This document shows positions 40,223 through 49,405 of a stretch of 60,365 nucleotides of DNA, in pieces. Below the pieces are notes generated by a model, which did not search any database, was not told the origin of the DNA, and saw only the letters and a list, made by a program, of their open reading frames with translations. Origin of the DNA: a virus. Its lineage: Duplodnaviria; Caudoviricetes. A program made the position numbers and the translations under genes. Each line of letters opens with the position of its first letter. Position 1 is the first letter of the stretch. The stretch is from the IMG/VR virus record IMGVR_UViG_3300032319_000867, positions 1 through 60,365 of that record; one strand, given 5' to 3'.

Positions 40223-43114
40223 ATGGCTTTAACCAAAAAAGAACAAGTTGATGAAATCATGAAGTGTGGGGAAGATCCCATCTACTTCATCAAAAAATAC
40301 TTGTACATTCAACATCCAACAAAAGGACGTTTACCTTTTGAACTTTATCCGTTTCAAGAAGAATGTATTAGTTCATTCTTGGATTATAAGTTTAATATTG
40401 TTTTGAAATCTCGTCAGTTAGGTTTGTCTACAACTACGTCTGCTTATTGTCTTTGGATGGCAATGTTTAGACAAGACGCTAACATTCTGGTTATGGCAAC
40501 CAAATTAGAAGTTGGAAAGTTCATGATTGATAAAATCAGAACAGCATTTAAAATGCTTCCAGCTTGGATGCTTAATATCTTAGACTTAAAAGAACCAGAA
40601 GCAGAATCAGTAAAATATATTAGATTTAACAATGGCTCAAAGATTACAGCTATTCCAACATCAAAAGATGCAGCCCGTGGTGAAGCTGTAACTTTACTTA
40701 TTGTTGATGAAGCTGCACACATTGATAACTTAGAAGAACTATGGTTGGGTCTTTATCCAACATTATCAACTGGTGGTAGAGCTATTGTGTTTTCTACTCC
40801 AAGAGGTAAAAACTTTTTCTATCAATTATGGACAAGTGCAGAAACTGGGGAATGGGAAGAAAACAAAGTTGGACAACATTGTAAAGGTGTTGGGAAAAAC
40901 GGTTTCCACGGGATTAAACTTCCTTGGTTTGTTCATCCAGAAAGAGATGAAAAATGGTTTGAAGATCAATCAAAACCAATGGATGCCCGTGGGATCGCTC
41001 AGGAGCTTTTGTGTGTTGGCCCGCACTCTAGAATAGAAACAAACGATGGTTACAAATATGCTTGCGATATTAGTGTCGGAGATTTAGTTCTAACACATAA
41101 AGGCAGATTTAGACCAGTCAAAAATGTAGGTTGTAGAGCAGTCAATCATGATGAAAATATATATCAAGTTTCTGTACCCGGAAACCGAGATGAAAAGCTT
41201 TGGATAACCGGCAACCACCCGTTATATGGTAAAAAATTTACTTGCGGATCTAGTCAATCTCCATACAATAAAATCATAAAAGAACAAATTCCTTCAAAGT
41301 TTTATCCTTTAGATGAAATTGCAGAGTTTCAAACGATTTATGCCAACAGATTTATATCTGTCCTTCATCCAGCAAACTACCTCGAAAACATTATCACAGA
41401 AAGAAATATCAAACTTGATTTGTGGCAATTGCCTGTTGCAAAAAAGAAACTTGTTAAAGAAACCAACAAACTAACTTATTGGAGGCAAAGAACAAAACCA
41501 ATAAGCCGAGAAATCGATATTGATTTTGATTTGGGTAGATTCATTGGGTTGGCTGTTGCTGAAGGGTGTATACACAAACATTATTCAAAGAAAAATGTAC
41601 TTACCGAACAGTTGCAACTAGCTTTCCACATAAATGAACGACAAACGCTTGGTAAGTTTGTCACAGACTTTTATGACAAAATTGGTGTAGCTTATGACTT
41701 GGACATACGATCTTATAGCAAATGTTTTACTATCGAAACATCCAATAAATACGTGATATCACTATATCGTCATTTTGTAGTTGCGCTAGATGCAACACAA
41801 AAATATCTAAACCCAGAAACATGTTTTAGGACCAATACCGAGTTTTTAAAAGGTTTCCTTGTTGGCCATTTTGATGGTGATGGGGATCATATCACAGCAG
41901 CAATAAAAAACAATAATGGCAGAAAGCTCAAAGTAGTTAGTAAATCAAGTCGGCTGCTATATCAAGTAAAAATGTTACTTGCTGCCATTGGACACTATGG
42001 AAGAATAGATCACAAAACAGGCTACTATGAAATCGATGGTCTTGACCAACTTGCTGCTCCAACAATGTTGGAAATGCTACAAACAAACAAGTGTGCTTTG
42101 GAGAAATCGGGAAGCAGAACACGTTTAATCAATCATGAGTTTTTAGGTAATATTCAATATGAACACAAACTTAAAGATGAATGTCCCTTAGTATATAACA
42201 TCGAAATTGAAGAAGATAACTCGTATATTGTTGGTGGTGTTGTTGTTCATAACTGTGGCTTTGAAGGTTCTACATTAACCTTTTTCTCACAAGCAGATAT
42301 TGATTACGTTAGAAACCTTTCTATGGCTCCTATTGGCTATACTGGACCTAATGGTAAAGGTCAAGATTTACACATTTGGAAAACAAGCATCCCAGATCAC
42401 AAATATATTATCGCTGCTGACGTTGCAAGAGGTGATGCAGAAGACTATTCAGCTTTTCATGTGTTTGATGTAAATCAAAGTGAAGTTGTTGCTGAATACA
42501 TGGGTAAAATTCCTCCAGATAGATTTGGAGAATGGCTTATTGATATTGGTAAAAGATATAATGATGCTCTTATCGTAAATGAAAAAAATACAGTAGGTAT
42601 TGCTACAGCTATTAAATTAAGAGATGCTGAATATCCAAACTTGTATTATGAGCCTGATTTACAAGAAAAAATGATTGGGATGTTGCCAGATGAAAAAAAA
42701 GATATTCTTCCCGGCTTTACAATCACTCCCAAAAACCGTGAAAAGATTCTTGAAAACTTAGAACAAGTTATCAGAAACCATCATCTTAAAATATATTCAT
42801 TACGCTTTGTTGCTGAAATGGAAACGTTTATATGGAACGGTAAACGTGGCCAAGCATTAAAAAAACGTCACGATGACCTTATTATGGCAATGGCTATTGG
42901 TTTGCAAACCTTTACGCCAATGGCACACCAAGAAGGTTATCTTGGTTCTTTAGAATCAAACAAAAGCATGGCAATGGCATTGTTATCTGGAATGACAAGA
43001 GGCTATCGTGATGTTAGACAAAAAGTTGATGGCAAAAAAGTTCCTACTGGTGTAAGTCCAGAAAAAATAAAATCAGAAATAGAGTTCAGAAAAGAATTTT
43101 GGTGGCTTTATTAA
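40223..43114 (+). CDS. terL: Terminase large subunit (T4 gp17-like), intein-containing
   Basis: KC..DP.YF..KY, LYPFQ, LKSRQLGLST, LIVDEAAH, STP.G, AQE..C.F, ADVARG...DYS, HDDL.MA. Confidence 0.95.
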   Translation: MALTKKEQVDEIMKCGEDPIYFIKKYLYIQHPTKGRLPFELYPFQEECISSFLDYKFNIVLKSRQLGLSTTTSAYCLWMAMFRQDANILVMATKLEVGKFMIDKIRTAFKMLPAWMLNILDLKEPEAESVKYIRFNNGSKITAIPTSKDAARGEAVTLLIVDEAAHIDNLEELWLGLYPTLSTGGRAIVFSTPRGKNFFYQLWTSAETGEWEENKVGQHCKGVGKNGFHGIKLPWFVHPERDEKWFEDQSKPMDARGIAQELLCVGPHSRIETNDGYKYACDISVGDLVLTHKGRFRPVKNVGCRAVNHDENIYQVSVPGNRDEKLWITGNHPLYGKKFTCGSSQSPYNKIIKEQIPSKFYPLDEIAEFQTIYANRFISVLHPANYLENIITERNIKLDLWQLPVAKKKLVKETNKLTYWRQRTKPISREIDIDFDLGRFIGLAVAEGCIHKHYSKKNVLTEQLQLAFHINERQTLGKFVTDFYDKIGVAYDLDIRSYSKCFTIETSNKYVISLYRHFVVALDATQKYLNPETCFRTNTEFLKGFLVGHFDGDGDHITAAIKNNNGRKLKVVSKSSRLLYQVKMLLAAIGHYGRIDHKTGYYEIDGLDQLAAPTMLEMLQTNKCALEKSGSRTRLINHEFLGNIQYEHKLKDECPLVYNIEIEEDNSYIVGGVVVHNCGFEGSTLTFFSQADIDYVRNLSMAPIGYTGPNGKGQDLHIWKTSIPDHKYIIAADVARGDAEDYSAFHVFDVNQSEVVAEYMGKIPPDRFGEWLIDIGKRYNDALIVNEKNTVGIATAIKLRDAEYPNLYYEPDLQEKMIGMLPDEKKDILPGFTITPKNREKILENLEQVIRNHHLKIYSLRFVAEMETFIWNGKRGQALKKRHDDLIMAMAIGLQTFTPMAHQEGYLGSLESNKSMAMALLSGMTRGYRDVRQKVDGKKVPTGVSPEKIKSEIEFRKEFWWLY
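41012..42253 (+). mobile_element. Intein (414 aa) with LAGLIDADG endonuclease in terminase
   Basis: AQELL|CVGPHSRI...ITGNHP...FIGLAVAEG...FLVGHFDGDG...VYNIEIE...VVHN|CGF. Confidence 0.92.
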
Positions 43115-43177
43115 TCTAACTGTTTTAGATCCTTTTTACGCCACATTAAAATAAAAACAATAGGAGAACTATTAATC

Positions 43178-43933
43178 ATGGCTAATAAAATCAATGTAGG
43201 TAACCCAGAAGTTACAACCAAAACAAATATTTTAGATATTGATTTACCAACAGAATTAGAAAATGCAATTTCAACTGGTTGGGATCATTTTGATGCTCTT
43301 TGCGCTGGAGATGGTATGATCCCTTCTACCGTCGCTATTCTTACAGGTCTTCCCGGTAGCGGTAAAACAACCTTTGCATTACAACTAGCTGATTCAATCA
43401 CAAGAACTGGTAATCTTGCTCTTTACAACACTTGTGAAGAAAGCATTTATCAAGTAAGAAGAACTGCTAAAAGAATGCAACTACAACATGGTTTTATTCC
43501 ATCATATTACAATGATGTAAATGACATTCTTAAACATGCTGATGAAATTCGTGCAGAAAATCCCGGCAAGCAATTGTTTTTGTTTGTTGATTCACTTCAA
43601 ACTATTGAATGTAATGAAATTGATCCAAAAACAAACAAGGTATATTCTCAACAAGCTCAAACTATTCAATCAGCTTGGAGACTTGCTGAATGGTCCAAGA
43701 AAAATTATACCAACGCTATTATCATTGGACAAGTAACCAAAGATGGTACATTTGCTGGCAAGCAAGAAGTTAAACATGCTGTTGATATGCATATTTCTCT
43801 TCATCTAGATACAGATCGTAGATCTGAAACCTATGGTGATAGAGTTGCAATGGTTGAGAAAAATCGCTTTGGCACAGGTGGTCTTTACTTCCCTTACGAA
43901 GTTAGTAGCAGGGGAATTCAATTCAAAGATTGA
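43178..43933 (+). CDS. RadA/Sms-like RecA-family ATPase (core domain only)
   Basis: GLPGSGKTT, EES..Q, VDSLQ, GQVTKDG.FAG, KNRFG. Confidence 0.85.
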   Translation: MANKINVGNPEVTTKTNILDIDLPTELENAISTGWDHFDALCAGDGMIPSTVAILTGLPGSGKTTFALQLADSITRTGNLALYNTCEESIYQVRRTAKRMQLQHGFIPSYYNDVNDILKHADEIRAENPGKQLFLFVDSLQTIECNEIDPKTNKVYSQQAQTIQSAWRLAEWSKKNYTNAIIIGQVTKDGTFAGKQEVKHAVDMHISLHLDTDRRSETYGDRVAMVEKNRFGTGGLYFPYEVSSRGIQFKD

Positions 43934-43935
43934 TG

Positions 43936-45297
43936 TTAAGCTTTAACGTAAGCCTCTAATTGAGGAATTACTGTTTTTCCTTTTTCAATGGTTTTAGGAA
44001 TAGCGTTTAATGCATTTTGAATAGCTGTTTGATTTGTTGCATCATATTTGCAAGCAGGTAATTTAGCAGCTAAATCAGCTAAATTTTGAGTGTGCAAAGT
44101 TGCAATTGAATTTATTGCACTTATATAAGTTTGCAAAGCTTTTTTTGTTTCTTCAGAGTCAATAGTTTTCCCTTGTTGGTCAACAACCTTTCCTGTTAGT
44201 GGATCAGTATATTCATCTTGCATCATCCCAGTGAAGTCTTCATTATCTGTGTCATTGCCCGTCGCAAGATAGTTGCTAGAAGGTTTATATTGAACTGCTG
44301 GTCCAGTTGTGAAATATTGGCTGAATTTTTTTCCTATCCAAGCTCCCAAAGCAACAAGTGCAGCACCCAACAATAAACCTAATATTTCATTAAGATATTC
44401 TTTTTTATTTTCTTTTGTTGCTGCTTCAGAAAGAATTTTTTTCTTAATTAAATTCTTTATAAGTCGTTTTTTAAATTCATTTATTTGTTGCTGGCTTGCT
44501 TTTGTAGCAAAATCTTGCAATTTGGTCAAATCACCCATATATCTTTTGAATTTAGTATCAGCATTTGGTGATGCAAAATTTGCAATTGTTGTACCAAATT
44601 CTGCTCTTGCTTTTGCTACGTCGCCACCAGCAGGAGCAGCAGCAGGAGCAGCGGGTGTTGCAGGAGCAGCAGGAGCAGCAGCAGGAGCTGCTGCCTCTTT
44701 AAGCAAATTTTTTGTTTTCACAATTGAAGCAAGATATTCAGAACGTTCAATGAATCCAGCTTCATATAATGTTTTATCTAACTTTAGACGATTAATTATC
44801 GATTCTGTTACTGGTACTGGTGCTGGTACTGGTGTTGGTGCTGGTGTTGCTTTATTTGCTGTATCTACAGCAGTATTTAATGCAGCATAAGCTTTCAAAA
44901 TCGAATCACCTTCGTCTAAAGCTGCTTTTGCAGCAACTGCTAAATTTGCTGCAAGTCTTTTTTTACCTTGCAATTCAGTTTCAGATTTATCGGATAAATC
45001 TTTTATTTCTTTATCTTTGATGAAGTCATATAGTTTTTGGCTACTATCTTTGTCTTTAAAAGACTTATTCCAACCAAAATGAAAAAGCACTGGAGGATTA
45101 TCATCATTTAATTTTGATGTATTATCATTTAAGTCTTTGAGAGAATCAACAACACCTTGAATTTTTGCATCCTCGATTTTAACTTCGTCTTTTAACTTTT
45201 GATTTGTATAAGTTTTTACCAATTCAGCTACAAAAGGCTTATAAAGTTTTATTGGTATTGGCAAAGTGTCTTGTTTTGGATCAATTGCTATTGGCAT
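43936..45297 (-). CDS. Hypothetical protein with a transmembrane helix, putative virion protein
   Basis: TLYE, LLKE, ILSE, YLNE motifs; Ala/Pro linkers; ILGLLLGAALVALGAWIG; TACTTA upstream. Confidence 0.55.
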   Translation of the reverse strand: MPIAIDPKQDTLPIPIKLYKPFVAELVKTYTNQKLKDEVKIEDAKIQGVVDSLKDLNDNTSKLNDDNPPVLFHFGWNKSFKDKDSSQKLYDFIKDKEIKDLSDKSETELQGKKRLAANLAVAAKAALDEGDSILKAYAALNTAVDTANKATPAPTPVPAPVPVTESIINRLKLDKTLYEAGFIERSEYLASIVKTKNLLKEAAAPAAAPAAPATPAAPAAAPAGGDVAKARAEFGTTIANFASPNADTKFKRYMGDLTKLQDFATKASQQQINEFKKRLIKNLIKKKILSEAATKENKKEYLNEILGLLLGAALVALGAWIGKKFSQYFTTGPAVQYKPSSNYLATGNDTDNEDFTGMMQDEYTDPLTGKVVDQQGKTIDSEETKKALQTYISAINSIATLHTQNLADLAAKLPACKYDATNQTAIQNALNAIPKTIEKGKTVIPQLEAYVKA

Positions 45298-45406
45298 TGT
45301 TTATTCTCACAATTGTAGGATTACTGTTTAAGTATTAAGTTAGCAACACAAACGTTGTATATTTAAATACTTGCTTTTTTAATTGTGTAGTGTTAGTATA
45401 GTTGTT

Positions 45407-45820
45407 ATGGACGATAACAACTGGAATTCATTAATTTCTCAGCTTGTTAACTATTGCAGTTTAATAAATGTGCAAGTGGTTTTCAACCGTGGTTGTACTG
45501 ACGAGTATGAACCTGATGATAAAATCATTTTCATCAATACTCAACGTACAAAAGAAAATCAACTATACATTTTGTTGCATGAAATTGGTCATCACATGAT
45601 TTTTGAAAAACCAGAACTTGCTGAAAAGTTTGCTATTCTGAACGAAAAGAAAGTGAAAAACAATTTGTCCAATCAAATTTTGGAACTTGAGGAAGAAGTT
45701 AATGCTTGGCACAACGGAGAAGAAGTTGCAAGAGCATTGGGAATAAAATTAAATTCAAGATTTCAACTTTTGAAAGCTAAGTGCTTGAAATCTTATATTA
45801 GAAGTCTTACAAAGGTATAG
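45407..45820 (+). CDS. ImmA/IrrE-like zinc metallopeptidase
   Basis: LLHEIGH..; E.EV.AW. Confidence 0.7.
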   Translation: MDDNNWNSLISQLVNYCSLINVQVVFNRGCTDEYEPDDKIIFINTQRTKENQLYILLHEIGHHMIFEKPELAEKFAILNEKKVKNNLSNQILELEEEVNAWHNGEEVARALGIKLNSRFQLLKAKCLKSYIRSLTKV

Positions 45821-45832
45821 AAAGGATTTAAC

Positions 45833-46567
45833 ATGGCTGTTACAAAACAACAAACCGATGAAGATATTGAATTGTTCAAAAAATATCAAACAACAAAAAA
45901 AATTGATGAAAGCGGCAAAATGGTAGCTTCAGACATTAAGCTCCGCAACGAATTAGCACAAAGGAATGCAAAACTGGTTACATTTGTAATCAACAAATTT
46001 TATTCTAAAAAGCAAAAGCATAAAGAACTAAGAAGTGATTTACTTCAAGAAGGTCATTTAGGTTTGTTTGATGCTATTGATGGTTTTAAGCCAGAACTAG
46101 GTTTTAAATTCAGCACATATGCTACTTGGTGGATTCGTCAAAGTGTACATTCATATTTGCTGGATAGAGAGCCTATGCTTCATGTTCCTAGCCATGTAAG
46201 AACAGCAAGAAACAAGCTTTACAATGCAGCAAAAGAAAGATCAATTTCAATTAAAAATATTGACAAATCATTGCTTACAGAAATTGGAATGACAGAAAAA
46301 ATGTTTGCGTCTGTGAATGCAACATTGAAAACTAAAGATTGGAATTTTCAATCATTAGAAGAACCTTTGTCAGCTAGCATGGATAAATCTTTAAAAGATA
46401 TTATTCCAAGTAATGATACAGAGCTTAACATTGTTATGGACAACAAAAAAATTGTTGAAGCTGCCAGAAGAGCTTTTAAGAAGCTTTCTCTCAGAGAAAA
46501 ATGTGTGTTACTAGAAAGATATGGAATTGATTGTAGAGTGATTTTAACAAAGGAGAACAGCAAATGA
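45833..46567 (+). CDS. RNA polymerase sigma-70 family factor (regions 2-3, ends at start of region 4)
   Basis: N.KLV, DLLQEG.LGL..AI..F.PE.GFKFSTYATWWIRQ, HVP.H, SLEEP, LS.REK.VL..RYG. Confidence 0.9.
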   Translation: MAVTKQQTDEDIELFKKYQTTKKIDESGKMVASDIKLRNELAQRNAKLVTFVINKFYSKKQKHKELRSDLLQEGHLGLFDAIDGFKPELGFKFSTYATWWIRQSVHSYLLDREPMLHVPSHVRTARNKLYNAAKERSISIKNIDKSLLTEIGMTEKMFASVNATLKTKDWNFQSLEEPLSASMDKSLKDIIPSNDTELNIVMDNKKIVEAARRAFKKLSLREKCVLLERYGIDCRVILTKENSK

Positions 46568-46851
46568 GTCAGAAGTATATAACTATTGAAGAAGGTGAAG
46601 ACTATCGTACCATCGCATCTAAGATGACATCTTTAGGCTATAAAATGAATCATGCAACAGCAAGAAACATTCTTTTGTCTGGAATGAGGAATTTTATGCA
46701 AAACATGTCAGAAGAAGTTGATAACTTCTTAACCGAAGATCAAGTTGAAGAATTAGTTATGCGACAAGACATACATGAAATACTGGGCGATATTCTTCCT
46801 CTTTGTGTTAATGAGGAAAAACAATTATGCCCGGTGGAAACCCAACAATAA
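46564..46851 (+). CDS. Putative HTH protein resembling sigma region 4.2
   Basis: DYRTIA..M.....MNHATARNILLSGMRNF; ATGA-coupled to the sigma gene; AAGGAG RBS. Confidence 0.55.
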   Translation: MSQKYITIEEGEDYRTIASKMTSLGYKMNHATARNILLSGMRNFMQNMSEEVDNFLTEDQVEELVMRQDIHEILGDILPLCVNEEKQLCPVETQQ

Positions 46852-47270
46852 ACAATCCTGCTCCAGATTTAGGTAGCTTTTTAGCTCGTAAGCGTATTGC
46901 CATTGAATTATGGCTTCTTCAAAAGAACATTATTTCAATTGAAGCTTTTCAAAGCTTTATGGAGCAAGACAAAGGCTGGAATTATTCCACAGAATTCATT
47001 GCGGAAGTATCCGCAATTTTAAAATCTGTTGAAGAAGAAATTGATAAAACTAAACGTGTTGAACCAGTTGTTGCTGTAGTTGAAAAACCGTTAGTTGTTG
47101 AGCCAGTTCAACCAGTTGTTGAAGAACCAGTAGCTTCTGAACATCCAGTAGCTGTTGAAGAAGCTGCTTCAACAATTGAAGATAAACCATTTTCAGAAGA
47201 AGGTTCAGAAGTAGTTTCTGAGCCTTCTTTTGTTATTTCTGCACCCAAAGAAAGGAAAAAAACTAAGTAG
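46827..47270 (+). CDS. Hypothetical acidic protein
   Basis: GAGGA RBS; Glu/Pro/Val-rich C-terminus. Confidence 0.6.
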   Translation: MPGGNPTINNPAPDLGSFLARKRIAIELWLLQKNIISIEAFQSFMEQDKGWNYSTEFIAEVSAILKSVEEEIDKTKRVEPVVAVVEKPLVVEPVQPVVEEPVASEHPVAVEEAASTIEDKPFSEEGSEVVSEPSFVISAPKERKKTK

Positions 47271-47272
47271 TC

Positions 47273-47452
47273 ATGAGTTCTCGTCATCAAAAGGAAAAGC
47301 GTTTACGTCCTCGTCACGATCCATATAAAAGAGATCATTTCAATCAATCTGAATATTTGAGAGTTAACCCAAAGAAAACAGATAACAATGAATTGATACA
47401 AGAGCAAGAAAACGAAGATTTAGAAGAATTTTACGATGAAGAAGATTTTTGA
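47273..47452 (+). CDS. Small hypothetical protein (59 aa; not in ORF track)
   Basis: MSSRHQKEKRLRPRHDPYKR...EEFYDEEDF; basic N-terminus, acidic C-terminus. Confidence 0.5.
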   Translation: MSSRHQKEKRLRPRHDPYKRDHFNQSEYLRVNPKKTDNNELIQEQENEDLEEFYDEEDF

Positions 47453-47546
47453 GAAATACCTTTAAACGTTGATTATGAAATGGCATTCTATACTCACGAA
47501 AGACGGTGACACAACAAACACCGTAAAAAAGAAAAGGAAAAATAAA

Positions 47547-47831
47547 ATGTCAATTCGTACAACAAACACATCATACTCAACTCTCGCTGGTATCGGAACA
47601 GGTTCAAACCCACGTAACACTCTAGTTTTTGATGACACTCCAATGGATCGTATTGGAGTAAATCTAGAACAAGAAGGCTCTAAGCGTCCAGTAACAATGG
47701 AACTAGTTGTTCCGATTCGTCGCAGTCGCAAGGGTTCTCGACGTACTGCCAAGTTCGTTCTCTCAGGTCGTCAAGCTCGTGAGATTTACGAAACTCTTGA
47801 TCGGTTCTACTCTACTCGGGATGAACGCTGA
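47547..47831 (+). CDS. Hypothetical basic protein, monocistronic
   Basis: AAGGA RBS; followed by a strong terminator. Confidence 0.6.
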   Translation: MSIRTTNTSYSTLAGIGTGSNPRNTLVFDDTPMDRIGVNLEQEGSKRPVTMELVVPIRRSRKGSRRTAKFVLSGRQAREIYETLDRFYSTRDER

Positions 47832-47862
47832 TTAACACAACTAGCTCATAACACATCCTAAC

Positions 47863-47897
47863 AAGGAAGGAGTAGCAATGCTCCTTCCTTTTTTTTT
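47863..47897 (+). terminator. Intrinsic terminator
   Basis: aaggaaggag-N8-ctccttcctt followed by a T run. Confidence 0.85.
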
Positions 47898-47922
47898 ACT
47901 TAATAATCAAATACTTATCAGT

Positions 47923-48600
47923 ATGGTTCGCAAGATAACGCTCAATGACTTTGGTAGATTAATAAAACCTAAAATCTTAACAGAAGCGTTTATTCTTTGC
48001 AATCAAGACAAAGTTGATCCATATAATTGGTGGTATCATTCTCTTCATTTCAATCAATTATATCCATCTTACAAACGAGATATGATTGTTGGAATTTATG
48101 GAGAAAGACTTGATAAGTTGTTTGCAAACTTATCAGTAAATTCATACGTGGCAGAAATAACGTCGTTCCTTATATTTTACCAACGCAAATATCACTTCAT
48201 ATCAAGTCCAGCACAAGCTCAACAAATTATGCATAGTGGGAAAAAATGGAGTGTAAGAGCTGTTGGTGTTAAACTGTATAAGGATTACGATATTTCAACA
48301 AAAAAAGTTAAAGACGTTTGGGATTATGATAGTTCAACAATTTCTTGGTTTTTTAGATTAAAACACGTTTTACCAATTGAAGAAGTTGAGTTATATAATT
48401 CAATTGAAGTTGGCGATATGGTGTTCTTCAAAAAAACACAAGCATTTGTAACCAGTGTTAAAAAAATCAATCGCCGCAAATGGTGGAATAAATGTAGTTG
48501 GACAGATAAACAAATTACAGTGTTGAGCGGAAGTTTAGGATATCAATTTAACCTAAACGCAAATCGCTCATATCAAATTGTTAAAACTAAAAAACCTTAG
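47923..48600 (+). CDS. Hypothetical protein
   Basis: TACTTA five nt upstream of ATG 47923; KILTE motif. Confidence 0.5.
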   Translation: MVRKITLNDFGRLIKPKILTEAFILCNQDKVDPYNWWYHSLHFNQLYPSYKRDMIVGIYGERLDKLFANLSVNSYVAEITSFLIFYQRKYHFISSPAQAQQIMHSGKKWSVRAVGVKLYKDYDISTKKVKDVWDYDSSTISWFFRLKHVLPIEEVELYNSIEVGDMVFFKKTQAFVTSVKKINRRKWWNKCSWTDKQITVLSGSLGYQFNLNANRSYQIVKTKKP

Positions 48601-48776
48601 TCATTGTCTTCGTCAGATATTTCTGATTCTTCTTCTAATTCAGTTTTAACACGATCAATGACACTTATAGCGTCATCTAGTGTTACAGCTTCATCTACTT
48701 CTAGCATGAGTTTGTATTCATCTACAAACTCTTCTAGTCTTTCAATTAATCGATTCAATACTCTTGTATTTGACAT
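48597..48776 (-). CDS. Small acidic hypothetical protein (59 aa; not in ORF track)
   Basis: AAGGA RBS; MSNTRVLNRLIERLEEFVDEY... Confidence 0.55.
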   Translation of the reverse strand: MSNTRVLNRLIERLEEFVDEYKLMLEVDEAVTLDDAISVIDRVKTELEEESEISDEDND

Positions 48777-49093
48777 TTTTTTCCTTTGTTTTCAATAATA
48801 TCAAAATGTTTCTTACTACCAATTATCCATCCGTAAGTATCTGGATATAAACATTTGTAATAAAATCCACCGTTTTCATCTTTAATTTCGTTTATTAACA
48901 CGAAAGGTTCATTGGTAGATTTCATACTTGCATTTAATGCTGGCTTACTTAAATCACTTGTGAGGATAGAAGGAAGCCAATTGTTATGCTCAATTCTTTC
49001 TTTTAACACTGCTTCAATATCTGGATACAAAACAACAAACGATTGCAAGGCATTCTTTTTGCTTTTAATAAAACACATCGTACCAAGCTTCAT
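48755..49093 (-). CDS. Hypothetical protein
   Basis: GGAG upstream; ORF. Confidence 0.5.
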   Translation of the reverse strand: MKLGTMCFIKSKKNALQSFVVLYPDIEAVLKERIEHNNWLPSILTSDLSKPALNASMKSTNEPFVLINEIKDENGGFYYKCLYPDTYGWIIGSKKHFDIIENKGKKCQIQEY

Positions 49094-49137
49094 TACTTAT
49101 ACAACTCCACTTATTTGTTACCTAACTAGATAATAGT

Positions 49138-49392
49138 ATGGAAACAAATAATACAAAATCATTTATTGGAGAAGACAGATATTCACTTCACACTTTTATG
49201 TCAAGTTCTAACTTAGCATTTTGTAAGTACGATAATATTTCTTCTCTTCTATTGGTTATGTTCCACAACGGTAGTTGCTATGAATATTATGGTGTAGATT
49301 CAAACACTTATAATGAATTAATTACTTCTCCTTCTGCTGGCAGCTATTTTAACAAGGTAATAAAATCCTTCAAATGTGAACGAGTAAAGTAA
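49138..49392 (+). CDS. KTSC domain protein
   Basis: SSN....YD....L.V.F.NG..YEY.GV...Y..L..S.SAGSYFN..IK. Confidence 0.85.
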   Translation: METNNTKSFIGEDRYSLHTFMSSSNLAFCKYDNISSLLLVMFHNGSCYEYYGVDSNTYNELITSPSAGSYFNKVIKSFKCERVK

Positions 49393-49405
49393 CATACTTA
49401 TTCAC

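Noticed and set aside
40403-40435. Genome-wide CAG-to-Leu reassignment suggested by the Leu-body/CUG tRNA
   Set aside because: CAG encodes the conserved Gln of the terminase SRQLG motif (cgt cag tta), so CAG is still Gln in phage genes
44309-44890. 193-aa antisense ORF and the many other short nested or antisense ORFs in the track
   Set aside because: They lie opposite or inside well-supported genes, lack an RBS and have shadow-frame composition
48604-48798. Plus-strand 64-aa Ser-rich ORF
   Set aside because: Antisense shadow of the minus-strand acidic ORF 48597..48776, which has an RBS
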